This document shows positions 27,270 to 42,032 of a stretch of 64,000 bases of DNA, piece after piece. The stretch is from Eledone cirrhosa (lineage: Eukaryota). A program made the position numbers and the translations under genes. The stretch covers positions 111,104,001 through 111,168,000 of the forward strand of contig OZ024740.1 of NCBI GenBank assembly GCA_964016885.1, given 5' to 3'. Within the stretch, counting starts at the first letter, position 1. Each line of letters starts with the position of its first letter. The notes under the pieces were generated by a model. The model was not told where the DNA came from. It did not search any database and worked only from the letters and a program-made list of their open reading frames with translations.

Positions 27270-28075
27270 CATATATACTAACTCTAACCTAGTTGACAGG
27301 TCAGGCCATTACATATCGTAGACTACGGATATTGCATGCTAAAATAGCACCAGACTTATACACGCAACGTAATGTATAATATAAATTCGTGGACCATAGT
27401 TTGCCGATCCGAGCCCTGATCTACACCTACACAATTGCTTTATTTGAAAGCTGTTACCTAGTTAATATTACTTCCGCTTCACACAGCCATTGACCAATTC
27501 CTAAAGATAATAATTGTTTCTACTTTTGGCACAAGGCCAGCAATTAACTCAGTGCATTACTGGTACTTTATTTTATCGACCCTGTAAGGATGAGAGGCAA
27601 AGTTAACCTCGTAATAATGTTGGTTATATGTCTGTCTAACAGACTATAGGAACTGCCTGTTTGTCTGTGTGCTTTTTGTGTTAGTGTGTTTTAGTGTGTT
27701 TCAGTGCGTGTCTCTGTGTGTGGGTGTGTGTATTTTAGTGCGTGTTTGTGTGTGTCTATATGTGAGTGTCTGTGTCTCAGCGTGTGTGTGTGATAAGACG
27801 ATTCTAACACGGTTACTTTTGACCATTTGGGATTATTCCATGAAGTAATGTTGCGTAAATTGATGAGAAATCAACATTAAATAATTGTAATGAAACAACA
27901 ACAACGACGATCTCAACCTCCACAACAACAACAACAACAACAACATCAGCGTCCACAACAACGGATATAATAGCAACAACAACAATAATAACAACTAGAA
28001 CGATAATAACTAGAACAAGATACACAGCCATGTAAAATAACTTAATAAATCATCCAATTTAATAATAACAAATCA

Positions 28076-28113
<38 letters not shown>

Positions 28114-28710
28114 AGCTGCTGCTGCTGCCACTACTGCTACTACAGTTGCTGCTGTTACTACTACTGCCACTGCTACTGCTACTAGTATTGATTATGATGA
28201 TATAAATATTAAAAATATCAACAACTTTTAGTATTGGACACCAGGGTCCAAGATATTGTCGACATTACAAAAGCGAAATGAAAAAAAAACAAAAAGAAAA
28301 AGAAAAACAAACAAATAAACAAGACATTGGGGCATCTACAACAACAATAGTAACAACAACAACATCAATTGCAATAATAGTAATTGTAATAATAACTTAA
28401 CAAACACTTTGCTTCCTTCTTCCTTCCCATCTACCCAAAATTGCGTAGTCTCTTGCGAGGTTTTTACTGATTGCTTGGTGGACAATAGAAATGACCTCTC
28501 AGTCCAGTCAAATATATAGCGCGTGAAAATGTCATGATAGGTCACTGTCTGGTGGCGCCATCTGCTTTTTAGTTTCACCACAAAGTTATTTCCACCTTCC
28601 CATCTTACTAGCAAAATTAACACTTACACTTCCCTACATTGGCACACGAACAGAGATAGGTGATGCATACTAACACACACATACACACACATAATCCGCA
28701 TATGTATACA

Positions 28711-28947
<237 letters not shown>

Positions 28948-29378
28948 TTAAAACATAAGGATACAAATACACAAAAATTCACTGCGATATACTTACACAT
29001 ATGTAAAATAACGCATTCATGTACACATATACACACACATAGATCCCCAACATATGTATACACTTACACACAAACACAATAATACATACACATACATATA
29101 CATAAACACACAAATCAACAACGCACGCTTACTCTTGCACAAATCCACACACACATATACTACATATACTCACAAAGTTGTGAATGCGCTCTCTCACATT
29201 CAGACGGAGGTAGACACATACGCACAACACCGGCGTCCATCTTAAGTAAAGTTAATTGCGCAATGACGTTGAAAATAGTAATACATTAAGTAAGATATTG
29301 AGTAATGCTTGATAATGACTAATGTCCTCCTCCACCCCTCTTCCGTTCCAGCTCTTCCTTCTCCCCTCCTCCTCCATA

Positions 29379-29457
<79 letters not shown>

Positions 29458-29668
29458 GTTTTTCGATATAATTCTCTTTGGTTTACTGTATTATGTGGTG
29501 CAATGTCTTCTTGTAAATGCATAGTCAACAGAAGAAAAAGTGTCGTACCTATATGGCCGACGTAACAGTCTAAATTCATGTCTAAATTTATATATTACTA
29601 CTAGTTTGCCTGAGGTAGGTGCCCCAGGTTTGTTACTCTCTTCTTTCATATTGACGAGGGGCTTAAAT

Positions 29669-29702
<34 letters not shown>

Positions 29703-29714
29703 GCAACAACAATG

Positions 29715-29908
29715 CAGAACTGCCAACCTCTAAAAACCCAAATGGGGAGTACCATGAAAAAAAGTGCCCAAAACGGGGAGAAATGAGGCTAAATGGGGAG
29801 ATTTTACATAATGAAAGCTATACCCAATTTCACAAGAGATGATGTCCCTCATTCACCCCAAAGTGGAATGGAAAGCGCCCGGTCCGACGGGGAGAATTGA
29901 CAGGTTTG
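29715..29908. mobile_element. Candidate hAT-like MITE
   Basis: Imperfect TIRs CAGAACTGCCAA / TTGACAGGTTTG, four internal GGGGAG motifs, and ACAATG on both flanks. Confidence 0.45.
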
Positions 29909-29989
29909 ACAATGACACCTTAATGATATCTGTGCAGCTACAACACCACTATCTCCACAAACACAAATAAAGAAAATATAGATAATAAA

Positions 29990-30320
29990 TGATTTCTACT
30001 AAAGGCACAAGGCCAGTAATTTGGGGGGAAGGGTAAGTCGATTAAATCGACCCCAGTTCATTACTGGTGCTTTATTCTATCGACCCCGTAGGGATGAAAG
30101 GCAAAGCGAACCTCGGCCAGATTTGAACTCAGAACGTAAAGGGCCATAACTCTATGCTACAAAACATGGTGTCTGACACTCTACTGATTCTGTAGTTTCT
30201 AATTTAGACACAATTTGTGCGTGGATCGTAAATCCGATTAAATCGACTCCAATACCTTACTGGTATTTTATATTATCGATCCTCGAAAGGATGAGAGACG
30301 AAGTTGTCCTCGAACATGTA
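29990..30320 (-). mobile_element. SINE family 1, one full copy and one partial
   Basis: GGCACAAGGCCAG...TCGACCCC...GGATGAAAGGCAAAG...ATTTGAACTCAGAACGTAAAG. Confidence 0.85.
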
Positions 30321-30978
30321 AAAACACTTTATGTCAATCCGCTGTGCACTTGAAAACATCAACAAAAAGATCAATATTTCTAACAAATTCAATTATAGTA
30401 TTAAATAAGAAGCAAAAAATAAAAATAAAAATAAAATAAAATAATCGAAGTTGAAGCATCAAAAGAAACAAACCATTCTGAAAATAACAAATTCTTTACT
30501 TGACCGTTTTTACTGAATAATTAACCTTCCATTGTGACATTTCCAGATCATGTTGTTTGTTTGTTTGTTTATTTATTTATTTTATTCCTAACCAATACAA
30601 TTGTTCAACTATTGTCACATTGGCACCAAGTCTATTAACTGGATGAATGTTTATTTTTATTAAAATGTTTTATTCCAATTTTCTATTTCGTTTTCTTTCT
30701 TACTTTCTTCCTTTCTTTCTCACTTCTTTTTCTTCTTCCTTTCTTTCTCACTTCTTCTTCTTCCTTTCTTTCTCACTTCTTCTTCTTCTTCTTCCTTTCT
30801 TTCTCACTTCTTCTTCTTCTTCTTCTTCTTCTTGGTGATGGTAGTAGTAGTAGGAGGAGGAGAAGGATTTATATATAACTTTTTGCCAATAATCCCATTT
30901 CCATGTAAGCTCCCATACTCAATGTAATCTGTCCTTTGTATTGTCCCCTTCATCCGACGTCCTTGTGGCAAATAAATG

Positions 30979-31016
<38 letters not shown>

Positions 31017-31104
31017 GTTGTCATCATTATTACTTGCAGAACCCTTCTCAACTGGAAAAGAGAAGAAAAAAAAAAACTTTCATATCTTCCCGCTTAGACG
31101 GACG

Positions 31105-31310
31105 GCGTTGTATAAACCTACAATAACACCACCGACACACAATTCAAATACACGCCCCCAGAGGGCCCGCTCTACTGCACCTCACAAACACACACATTCA
31201 CAACCCCTAAATCTGCCCAACCGTGTCCGATCTCAGCCCGATCCCTGCCTCATTGACGTGCCAGTCCGCGTTCAACTGTGCGCGTACCCCCTCCCCAGTC
31301 AGGTAAAGAA
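31105..31310 (+). promoter_or_regulatory. Possible promoter / non-coding first exon
   Basis: Locally GC- and CpG-rich unique sequence, TATAAA at 31111, TGACGTG at 31254, CAG|GTAAAG donor-like site at ~31302. Confidence 0.3.
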
Positions 31311-31744
31311 AGGAGAGGGGGATGGATATCATCGCAACTGTGGAAAATAGTGACGAAGTCGTGAGGACGTACATAATTCTCAGGAAGTGGGGGGGGGGGG
31401 GGTAACGAGATTAGATAAAGCAATGTTATGATAACTTTGTGCAGATGAGGGAAGTTGAGAGTATACTCCCTCTATGAGTCACTCAGCTGGTATTTATGAT
31501 TTAGAATGTTCTCCCAGCTCCTAAAAAAGCGAAACAATAGTATTTAAAATAAACACCCGGATTAAGACACAAATAAAGAAATGTATTCTCGTGAGAGATG
31601 AGTCGGAAATTCTGTTATCCGCTATTCCCTTATTAATAAATTCTTTTATTCTGCTTTTCCTGTTTTCATTCTTGAACTGACACGGGGGCTCATAAGTAAA
31701 GGTTAAATAGTTACTTTGGGTAAACGTTAATTTAATCCACATTA

Positions 31745-31960
31745 TTGGCAGAGTCGTTAGAGCTTCGGATTAAATGCCTTACGGTATTTGTTCTTGCTCT
31801 CTGTGTTCTCAGTTCAGAAACTGCCGAAGTCAACTTTGCCTTTCATCCTTACGCGGTCGATAATAAAAAAAAATACCAGTAATGCACTGGGGTCGATTTA
31901 AACGTTTTCCCTCTTCCTTTTATATTGCCGGCCCTGGGCCAGAAGTAGAAACAATTATTA
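31745..31960 (+). mobile_element. SINE family 1 copy
   Basis: Aligns with other copies. Further copies at ~19710-19850, 27510-27615, 38070-38285, 42090-42240, 43250-43435, 45770-45945, 55450-55580 and 57055-57440. Confidence 0.85.
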
Positions 31961-32149
31961 TTTCGATAATAGAAGCAATAGTGAAAATATAACTCAATCC
32001 AGAACTGGAATTATTTCCTTAATTTGAAACACTTCAATTCATTTGACGTCCTGTCCAATGCTCCAGAGAAGTGAGTCTGGAAATGTCAAAACTGTCTATT
32101 TTCCACGCACAAATGGTTAATCGCCAGTTTCATGCGTCAGTTAGAAACA

Positions 32150-32600
32150 ACTATTGTTAATTGTTAAATGTAGTGATTGAGGAACCAAAACTAGACTATG
32201 CTACATCATCCCCTCATTTTTATAACAATTCTGTTGTGATTTCAATGTTTAAAAGCTAGTAGCAAATTTACTCATTGTTAATTTGGTATATGAAATAACT
32301 GATGAACGAAAAGTCAGACTATGTTACATTATCTCATTTTGATAAATTATGTTTTGATTACAATGCTGAAAAGCTAGTATCAAATTGTTCCGTCGTTAAT
32401 TGTTAAATGCAATGTTTGACGAACCAGCCGAAATTGTTTTACAATTATTTCATTTTTATAACTTTTCTGTTATGATTTCATTGTTTAAAAGCTTGTACAA
32501 ATGTATCCATCGTTAATTTGTTATATGCAATTACCGACGAAACGAACCTAGACTTTTTTATAACTTTTCTGTTGTAATTTCAATGTTGAACCCTTTCATT
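32150..32600. repeat. Degenerate ~119-bp tandem repeat, about 4 units
   Basis: Recurring TTGTTAATT.G.TA.ATG, AGACTATG, TCATTTT and GATTTCAATGTT.AAAAGCT blocks starting near 32153, 32274, 32392 and 32509. Confidence 0.75.
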
Positions 32601-33999
32601 GTTGAATGTATAATGAAATACAATGCCTATAGGTTTCAATTAATTTCGAAATTGAGAAATTGTATACAATAACTACATTTATCATTAGTAAGCTGATACT
32701 TAGAACATTACTTCTTAAAATATAAAATAAAAAAATATGATGGCTGGTTTTAATATAATAATAAACATTAAAATAATTATCGGATTTGTGTCATAAATCC
32801 AGATTGGCTTCATGTGAAAAGGATTAATACAGGTGTCGATACAACAATAAGCATTCCGGTAAATTACAACTGTATGATTTCTGGATAGAAAAACTGGTTA
32901 TGTTAGTGAGTTTTTAAAAATAAATTCTGAGTAATTTTGTTAACAATAGTGTAAAAAAATTGTTAGTTGTAGTGACAGGGAGATCATTATTTTTTGTATT
33001 AGGATGATAGATGATTGAAATGACAGGAAGCCGGACAAAATTGACTTCCGGTATCAGCTCCATCATTTTAAGTACTGCATTCAGATTTCCACATGGTTTA
33101 TCAACTCTCCGGTGTCGATACGAAAGGGTACCAGTAGTATCTTTCATAGTCACCTCTCTTTATACTAAAGGGGAGAAATTGCAATAATTATATTACATTT
33201 TTTTTTCTCCTAATCAATGAAATATATGTAGTATTTGCATAAACTATACATTGCATCCAGCCTACTCGGAAATCGTTTTGCCAATTATTATTATTATCAA
33301 AGGAAAAGTGAGCAATAGCGTTGCTAGCAACAAGTTCAGATTCTATCAATATCCGCTTTTATAGTGGCACCAATCATAGCTCTAAATATAAGTCAAAATC
33401 TCACGTCGTCCTCAGTGCCAGAAGCCGAAACCAGAAACCTGGTGGGGCCAATACTGGTAGTAGCAGCCAATAATTTTGAGATAATGGGAAGAAAGTAACG
33501 ACTGGAGAGAGAAGGGTGACATTTTGTGGTGGAATGCAAAAGAGAAAGATAGAAAGCACAAAAGAGAAATACATAAGCCCCAAGCTAATGATGTATAAGG
33601 ATCATGACGAGATTTTCGATTATACAAATTAACAACTAGTTTGGAATAGAGCTAAGAAAAGGCAGCGAGGACGACGTGCTGTTTGATGTGGATAAAATAG
33701 GACTAGAGGCAAGGAGAGGGTATTTGTAAAAACCATATTGGTATTCTATCAGAACCTTACCAGACGACGTGTGATGATTCTTGTCTTGTTCAACACAAAA
33801 ACTACCCATGGACGCCATTGGATTTGTCAGCTTACAATTAGAACACTGAGCGTAACTGGAGTATCGGGATGCTTTCTCTCAACAAAGGGGGCGGCTTTTC
33901 ACGTGTGTATTGGTGGAACTCCATATTTTGGGGAGTTCTGTGTTACGTTTATATCTCTTTTAGCACTTTGAGGTAGAGCCTTCTAATTCGGTTAACAGA

Positions 34000-34063
<64 letters not shown>

Positions 34064-34145
34064 ATGGGCGGTGCCACAGCATGGCCTCAGCCGGATGGCT
34101 GGAACAGGTAAAAGGGTAGAGTATATATATATATATGTATGTATA

Positions 34146-34288
34146 AGAAAAGAGACCTAGATGTCGAAACGGCCGGAGCTCAGCCGTCGGGGTCCTGACT
34201 CTTTTCCTATTACCCACTCTACTACTCAAAGTATCGAGTACTCTGGTGCGTTGTGGTCCACCTGGTTCCTTACCACACTTCTTTCGTT
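34146..34288 (+). mobile_element. Mini-derivative of the PLE 3' end (family A)
   Basis: GTCGAAACGGC..GAGCTCAGCCGTCGGG plus tail matching the reverse complement of 1976-2100. TA flanks. Confidence 0.85.
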
Positions 34289-34326
34289 ATATATATATAT
34301 ATATATATAACGAATTATATATATAT

Positions 34327-34414
<88 letters not shown>

Positions 34415-34451
34415 CAAGGACGAGTGGTTACTCCTTCATTACGTTCATCAG

Positions 34452-34486
34452 TTGGTGACGCGCGTTTCGCCACTAATCAGCTCACG
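34452..34486 (-). ncRNA. Hammerhead-like motif with CUGAUUA core variant
   Basis: Minus strand GAG-CTGATTA-GTGGC-GAAAC-GCGC-GTC. Palindromic helix III, poor helix I. Confidence 0.45.
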
Positions 34487-34968
34487 TTACCTTCCACGTT
34501 ACACTCCCTGCATATATATATATATGATGGCTGCCACTAGATTTTGAGTAATGCCATCGTTTGATACTTAACCATGAGCATCACGGATGTGGCTTTTTAG
34601 TCCTGTTAGGGGCTAAATGTCACATATCAAGCAATGCCTGTGCTTGAAGCTTTTTTTAAGTGAGGAAAGGCTTTGCACGAAACCAATTCCACTCTCTGAA
34701 TATCGAATGCATTTGCCCCGAAGAAAAACTGGTCTACATCATTGGATGCAAACGAAGTCGCAGGTTTTATATCAGAGTGACCTTCTTCTAGTGAAATGTC
34801 TTAATGAAGACTCGGAGTCTCTCGCTCCACACACACACACGCACACAAAACTTATTGCATGGTCGGGTCGTCGGCAACTAACCCAGTAACCTGGATGAAT
34901 TTGAACAGCCTGCGGGATGAAAAACAAAACCCGTCAAAGGGCGGAGGTACTCAGCAGAATCAACGGCC

Positions 34969-35015
<47 letters not shown>

Positions 35016-35029
35016 CTGTGTGTATATAA

Positions 35030-35066
<37 letters not shown>

Positions 35067-36148
35067 GCGCGTGTATGTGTGTTTGTGGGGTCTGTACGCG
35101 TTTGTTATATCCTGTTAGTGGTTTGACGAAAGTAGATAAATTAAGTACCAAATGTTTAAATATATATTGATATCACTAAATCTTTTCGCCGTGACACCGA
35201 CCAGAGCTGTAGTATGGAACACAAGAGAATAACAAAAACTAAAATATCCATGTCGCAATATATTTATATAATTAGGTTTGCTTTGTGAAAACCAGTTCAA
35301 AAACTCGAGTGAAAGTTTGTTTTACTTGTCTTTACTTTCATTTCACTACTGTGTTTCTACTTTGCATTGTGCTGGCTTTCTTCGGTCAATCCTAACCATA
35401 TATTATGTAATGACTTTGACTCTACTCTCGCTTTTATATAACTTTCAATTATTACCGCCATATTTTATAACAGATTTCTATGCGTTCTATGGTGTGTATG
35501 AATAGGCCATGTTGTCAAATAGTGTGTGATTTGACGAAGATGTGGCAAGTATTTATAGGAGCTCGATTAAACTACATTATAAAGACTCTGTCGTTGGTGG
35601 GTTTCTCTGTCCATTGTAGTTACAGAGCTATAAGTCTATTGACAAATAAGGAATTTCTTCAGTTTGGATTTAGATTTATGAATTCTTCATATTTCTATTC
35701 GATAGTGCGTGTGTATATGTATGTGTGCGTTTCTGTGTATGTATTTTTTCTTGTTTATTTCCTCAACATAAATTACATTCCGGCTCATAACATGTGCTGC
35801 TGTGTTTTCGTCTGATTCTCTGATTTCGGTAACGAACGCCACGCTACACAGTAGGGACAAAATAAACCACACAGCCAACCTATCTATTACAGAAACACTA
35901 CATACTACTCACTACTGATGGTCTCTCCTTAATAATAGCCGCACTCCCTAAGGAGTAACACGCTTCCTTTCGTCATTTTTGTTTGTGAATGTCGTCAGAC
36001 TGTATTGGTAACTAAATTGGATTGACGGTTTTATGTACTACATCCATACTAATTAGATATTTCCATAGTCATAACTAAAATCTTTTCTTCTCATTCACCA
36101 TCACCACTACTCCACCTCCCCCCTTTTTTCTTTCTCTTTTACTCCCCC

Positions 36149-36189
<41 letters not shown>

Positions 36190-36559
36190 TCTCTCTCTCT
36201 CTACTTATTTTCATTCTCGGTCGGGGTCTAGTTTTAATCCGTTCGACTGTTACCCTCACTCACTCACTAACCTCCTTGTCAATGTCAGCATGGTCATCAC
36301 TGTCATCATCATCTTAATACTCACCATGCCCACTACCGCCACCATCGTCACCCCCATAATCATCATTATCATCATCATTATCAACAGCAGCAACAACAAC
36401 GAGGCCCACATAACGGCGACAATAATTGCACCAAGACAATGCCAATAAGGTTGGACTTACCAACATTGACACACTTAATACAATGACCAACAACGACCAA
36501 GAAAACACCACCACGACAACCAACAAGAGATTTACCACCACTACCTTACCCAATTACCA

Positions 36560-37240
36560 CTAACACTAACGCTACTATCACTACAACCACAGCCACCACC
36601 ACCATCATCACTAGCATCATACTCACCAACACTACGCCTAGCACTCCCACCACCACCATCATCACTACCATCCCCCCACCAACACTACCTCTAACACTCC
36701 TACCACCATCACCACTACCATCACACCCACCAACACTACCTTTAGTACACTTACCACCACAGCCGCCACCACCACCACCACCACCACCACCACCATCATC
36801 ACTACCATCACCCCACCAACATTAACCCTAGCACTCCTACCACAGCCACCACAGCCGCCACCACCATCATCACTACCAACATACCCACCAATAATACCCT
36901 TCTCATTCCTACCACCACCAACACTAACCCTAGCACTCCTTCCACCACCACCACAACCGCCACCACCAACACAAACCCTAGCACTCCTACCACCACCATC
37001 ACAACCGCCACCACCATCATCACTACCAACATACGCACCAATACTACCCCTCCCACTCCTACCACCACCAACACTAACCCTAGCACTCCTACCACCACCA
37101 CCACCACAACCGCCACCACCAACACTAACCCTAGCACTCCTACCACTACGACCACAGCCGCCACCACCATCATCACTACCATCATACCCACCAACACTAC
37201 CCCTAGCATTCCTACCACCACCACAACCCCCATTAGCAAC
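36560..37240. repeat. C/A-rich minisatellite (CCAACACTAACCCTAGCACTCCTACCACC...)
   Basis: More than 10 diverged recurrences of the unit. Confidence 0.85.
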
Positions 37241-38939
37241 TCCAACGATACGACCTTTCGCGCACTTCCACGACCACCATCACCACCACCCATACAACTA
37301 TCATCACCGACCTCATTCTCATTACCACCACTACCGAGACCATTTAGACCACTAAATCCACCACCACTACCATCACCACCACTACCATAATCACCACCAC
37401 CACCACCACTACCACTACCACTACCACCACAACCACAGCCGTCACCATCACAAATATCATCAGCACCATCATCACTACCACTGCCAGCACGAAATTCATC
37501 ACCTCCACCACTACCAACGCTGCCGCCACCACCACTAATATCACCACTGTCACCACCACTACCACCACCACCACCACCACTAGAACCACAACAACAACAA
37601 CAACTGTCATTTCTACATTTCAATGACAACCACTAAGATTCACACACTTAATACCATCAAAACTACCACAACCATCACTGTCTGTCACCATAACCAACAA
37701 TACCTCTGGTTTCACAACAGCTACATTCCTTACTTACCGATATAACCCCTTATTTCCCCAACACTAACATCATCAACAATATAGCTCAACCCCTACCCTC
37801 TTCTCAAACCATTATTTCCAAAGTCACTATCCTCAGCGTCGCCATCATCCCGACCGCAATCCGAAATACCACAAAACTACTGCAACACGAATTCCACCGA
37901 CATTACCATCACCACTATCACTTTACAACTAACACAAACACTACTACCACTAGCAAATACCAATCACCAATCACCGTCACTATTGGTACTTTCACTACCA
38001 CACAGTGTACAAACTTAAATATACCAACTTAATTGTTCGTTACTTCATTCGCCTTTTTGGTTTCATTGGATTGGCAGTATCGGTAGAGGGTTGGACGCCA
38101 TGCTTTGCACCATAGAGTTACGGTCCTTTACGATCTGAGTTCAAATCCCGCCGAGGTTAACTTTGCTTTTCATCCTTACGAGGGTCGATAAAATAAAGTA
38201 CCAGTCACGCACTGGGGTCGATTTAATCAACTTTCCCCTCCCCCAAAATGTATGGCCTTGTGCCTATATAAGAAACCATTTATAATTGTTATTATTTAAT
38301 TGTAAATATTAATAAAGTATCTCCTCTAGAATTTAAACTGAATCAACAAATTTATTATTTGCTGAAATAAGGCAATAACCTTTTTATTACTGTTGAATTC
38401 TAATTTGTTTTTACTGTTGAATGAGATACAGAACAGAAAAGCAATACGATTGGCACACTTTTCAAGGCTTCTGTGAGTAGTGCGATAGACGGAAGTATGT
38501 GTAGTCATACCAAGGACTTGCCCGGAATACTTGCAACAGAGCGGACTCAACTAAAGGCGCCCAAAGACCAGGTGGTGGTAGTCAACCGGGAGTACGAATT
38601 AAGCCTACCACCAATGTTGACAAGAAGAAGTATTGTACTCAGAATGAAAACAGTTGGAACAAATGCAACTCGGCACCTCTTTCAACGCACTTTATCAATT
38701 CCACCAACCCACCATCCTAGATAGGATATATATTTCATCGACCTCGAAAACAAGAATGGCGAAGTTGACCTAGTTGCAGTTTGAACTCGGAACACAGAAG
38801 ACAGCCAAAGTATTGGATCGTCAAGTTTGTAATTTGTATAAACCTGTTCTTTTTCTACAAATTTCTACAAATTTCATACTACGACCCAATATAAAACGTA
38901 ATGCTTTATAGGCTACGATTTAACGATATATATATATAT

Positions 38940-39300
38940 TATTAGGACAATGGGATTGATGAGTTAATATCTGTATACAACAACTACAACGGTACGCGAT
39001 GGGGCCCACCCACAGCCCCGGCGGACAGAATGGAGGAGGCGTTTCTCCGGAGGACGGCAAGGGAGACACGCTGGAAAAGCCACTCCAACTCGCGGGGCTC
39101 ACACCTGCAGCTGTCCAGCTCAGCGCATATGGTGGCGAGTAAGGAGGTAGCCCTGGGGCCGAGGATGCCAGAAGTCTCCACTGCCAGGGGTACGACCGCA
39201 AACCTGTCGGAGGGAGACCGGTATTTGAGGAGTTTGGCCACCTCAGCCCGACGTGCAGCAGAAGCTGGGTCAGTCGCAGATTGCACCAGGTTGCGGCTAT
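38940..39300 (-). mobile_element. CRE-like (restriction-like endonuclease) non-LTR retrotransposon 3' fragment
   Basis: AARRAEVAKLLKY...VPLAVETSG...LFQRVSLAVLRRNASSIL, matching the K..KY / P.AVET.G / QR.S....RGNA pattern of RLE-type LINE C-termini. Confidence 0.8.
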
Positions 39301-39839
39301 GAAATTAACCTGCAAGACGATAGACAGTCCATAGATACGTGTACCCTTAACGTACTTCTGAGGGGAGATTCAGCATAGTGCACAACAAGGTTGACCCGTT
39401 CTTTGTAATTCATTTTTATAGATGAGTGAACAACGTGCTGCCGGGAATCAAAGTCACCACCATGAGTTCGTGATCCGAATACTCTAACCACAAAGCTACA
39501 CGACTTCCCAACGACACTATTAATACGCCTTTCTATTGTAATGAAAGTTTTCTAAGTAATGCATAAGTGCTAGTCGTGCCAATCCGCCGCCTATGACTAC
39601 GAGAAAAGTGGGATTAAGTATCGTCTGCTGGTTAGACAATTCTATTAATGCTTAACTGTGATCGTATATGTGCCTCTCTTGTTTTCCAATATAACCTGCA
39701 TAGATTAAATGCCTCTGAATCTATAAGTTCCACTCCACTATAATCTCATGTCCAAACATACAACGTACGAACGTAGGCACTGAAAAATAAACTGAATTAA
39801 AATCGCTGACGTAAGAATCCAATGCCATCGGTCTGTCAT

Positions 39840-39886
<47 letters not shown>

Positions 39887-39904
39887 CATATGAATATATA
39901 TACA

Positions 39905-39987
<83 letters not shown>

Positions 39988-41280
39988 AAGCAATATACAG
40001 AAGGAATGAGAAGATGTTAATCGAAACTGCATCGCCAGCTCTGATCAAATCAAAATATATTCATAGACATGACAAAGTGGCTGGCTATTGTCATTGCTAA
40101 AATAAACCATCACCTTGAAAATCCTTCATTATAAGAGTAATTAGGTGTGTATCTGTTTATGTAGACCCTGTATCGTCCACATGTGTTATATATATGTATG
40201 TGTGTATGGATGGATGTATGGATGTATTTATGTATGTATGAATGAATGTATGTATGTATCCATGTTTATATATATATATATATAATGCAGTACAACAGTA
40301 AAACAATGACATTGTACAAATGTATTCTGCTCTATCCTAGGAGATATGTAAATACTCACAATTGTAAACACCCACACCCCCCTCCCTACACACATACAAA
40401 CGCACACATATACTGATATAGTATAGAGATAAGAGTCAATCAGCCTGACATTGTCATCAAAGATCTAGTGACCAGGCGTTTGCGTGCAATGATTGATGTG
40501 TTGTGTCAGACTATAGAGAACATATCTGTGAAGAAGAAAAAAGAAACGAGGAAATAACAAAAGTAGGAACAATATACAAATTACGATGATCTATCAAAAG
40601 ATGGGCTAAATAAGAGAATTTCAGGATGGAGGGTGAGGACGGGAAGACGGAATTTACAGACCAAAGTAGTTGATGTTTCAGAGCAATGGGTGCAATGTGA
40701 TGGTGTTAAAATAAATAAATAATATATTTTTAAAAAAGGGTGCTAAGAACAACAGAAGATCTCTTTATTGGACAGTCTTTTCAATAGAGGCAAGCTTCAC
40801 AAGGGGACGACAATCCATCACTATCAACACTTTTTTTTACAATGAACATACGGTCTGAGAGACGGTCGACTGTCTATAAAAGTAGACACATTATCACAAA
40901 GAAGGAACACACACACACACAGACACCCCCACCCTCAAACACACATACACACTCTCACACACACACACGTTCACCCCCTCCCCCCCACACACACTCACGC
41001 ACACACACACACACATACATATATATATACATATATATATATACATACGTACACACACATACAATCCCATATACATATAAACACATACGTACATGCATGT
41101 ATATATAAATAGATAGACATATATGATAAGTAGAAGGATAGATATAAAGATACACAAACACGCATCATGCAAATAGATATAAATACACACACACACATAT
41201 ATATATATATTATATGTATATATATATCTATATATATATACATATGTATATATATATATATAATATATATACATACATAC

Positions 41281-41320
<40 letters not shown>

Positions 41321-41322
<2 letters not shown>

Positions 41323-41467
41323 CGGAGGAAATGTGGTAAGGAACCAGGTGGACCATAACGCACCAAAGTACTCAATAGTTAGGGTAGTAGAGTGGGTAAT
41401 AGGAACGAGTAGGTCCAGAATTAGCCGTCGAAACGGCTTGAGCTCAGCCGTCGGGGTCCTACTCGTT

Positions 41468-41470
<3 letters not shown>
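41321..41470. mobile_element. Fold-back mini-derivative of the PLE 3' end (family A)
   Basis: Inverted tail, then AGGAACGAGTAGG...CCTACTCGTTCCT hairpin enclosing TCCAGAATTAGCCGTCGAAACGGC. (TA)n on both sides. Confidence 0.88.
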
Positions 41471-41525
<55 letters not shown>

Positions 41526-41965
41526 TATATACAGTGTGTTCCAGAAAATATATCCACGCTTTGATTAGAATACTGTTGAAGTGTGTATACATTTTTGGGG
41601 GACAATTTATATACCAAAGCAATAAAGGAACAATGGAAGAAAGGGCCCTAGAATCCGAGAATAAGTGATACAGACTAAGGTGGCTGGTAGGTAGAAGATG
41701 GACGTCACTTGCCTTGGAAGTCTATTCCAACCACCTTAGCTTTCATAGAAGAGAAGATCCATCAAGATGAAGAAAGGGGGACAGTAGTGGTAGGCGTGGT
41801 AGGCGTGGTGGTGAGAGGAGTTAAGACGTGAGAAGGTTGTAATCGGTGCAGACAAAAGATAACACGTTATTAATTGCTGAGCATTATCTATGACCTATTT
41901 TATATATATATATGTAGCTCTATCTTCTCTATTTATTACTTTTGTTTGGTCATCTGTGTATTGTA

Positions 41966-42032
<67 letters not shown>

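Noticed and set aside
28549-28568. CTCF-like motif (AGCAGATGGCGCCA on minus)
   Set aside because: Single partial match lacking the upstream CC. Not distinguishable from chance without ChIP data.
33400-33975. Possible decayed transposase or exon
   Set aside because: Composition looks coding-like, but no continuous frame or diagnostic motif could be read.
36800-37140. Interstitial telomeric repeat (TAACCC)
   Set aside because: Only single hexamers inside a longer minisatellite unit, not tandem.
41530-41620. Tc1/mariner TIR-like start (TA|CAGTGTGTTCCAGAAA)
   Set aside because: No partner TIR or transposase found in the window.
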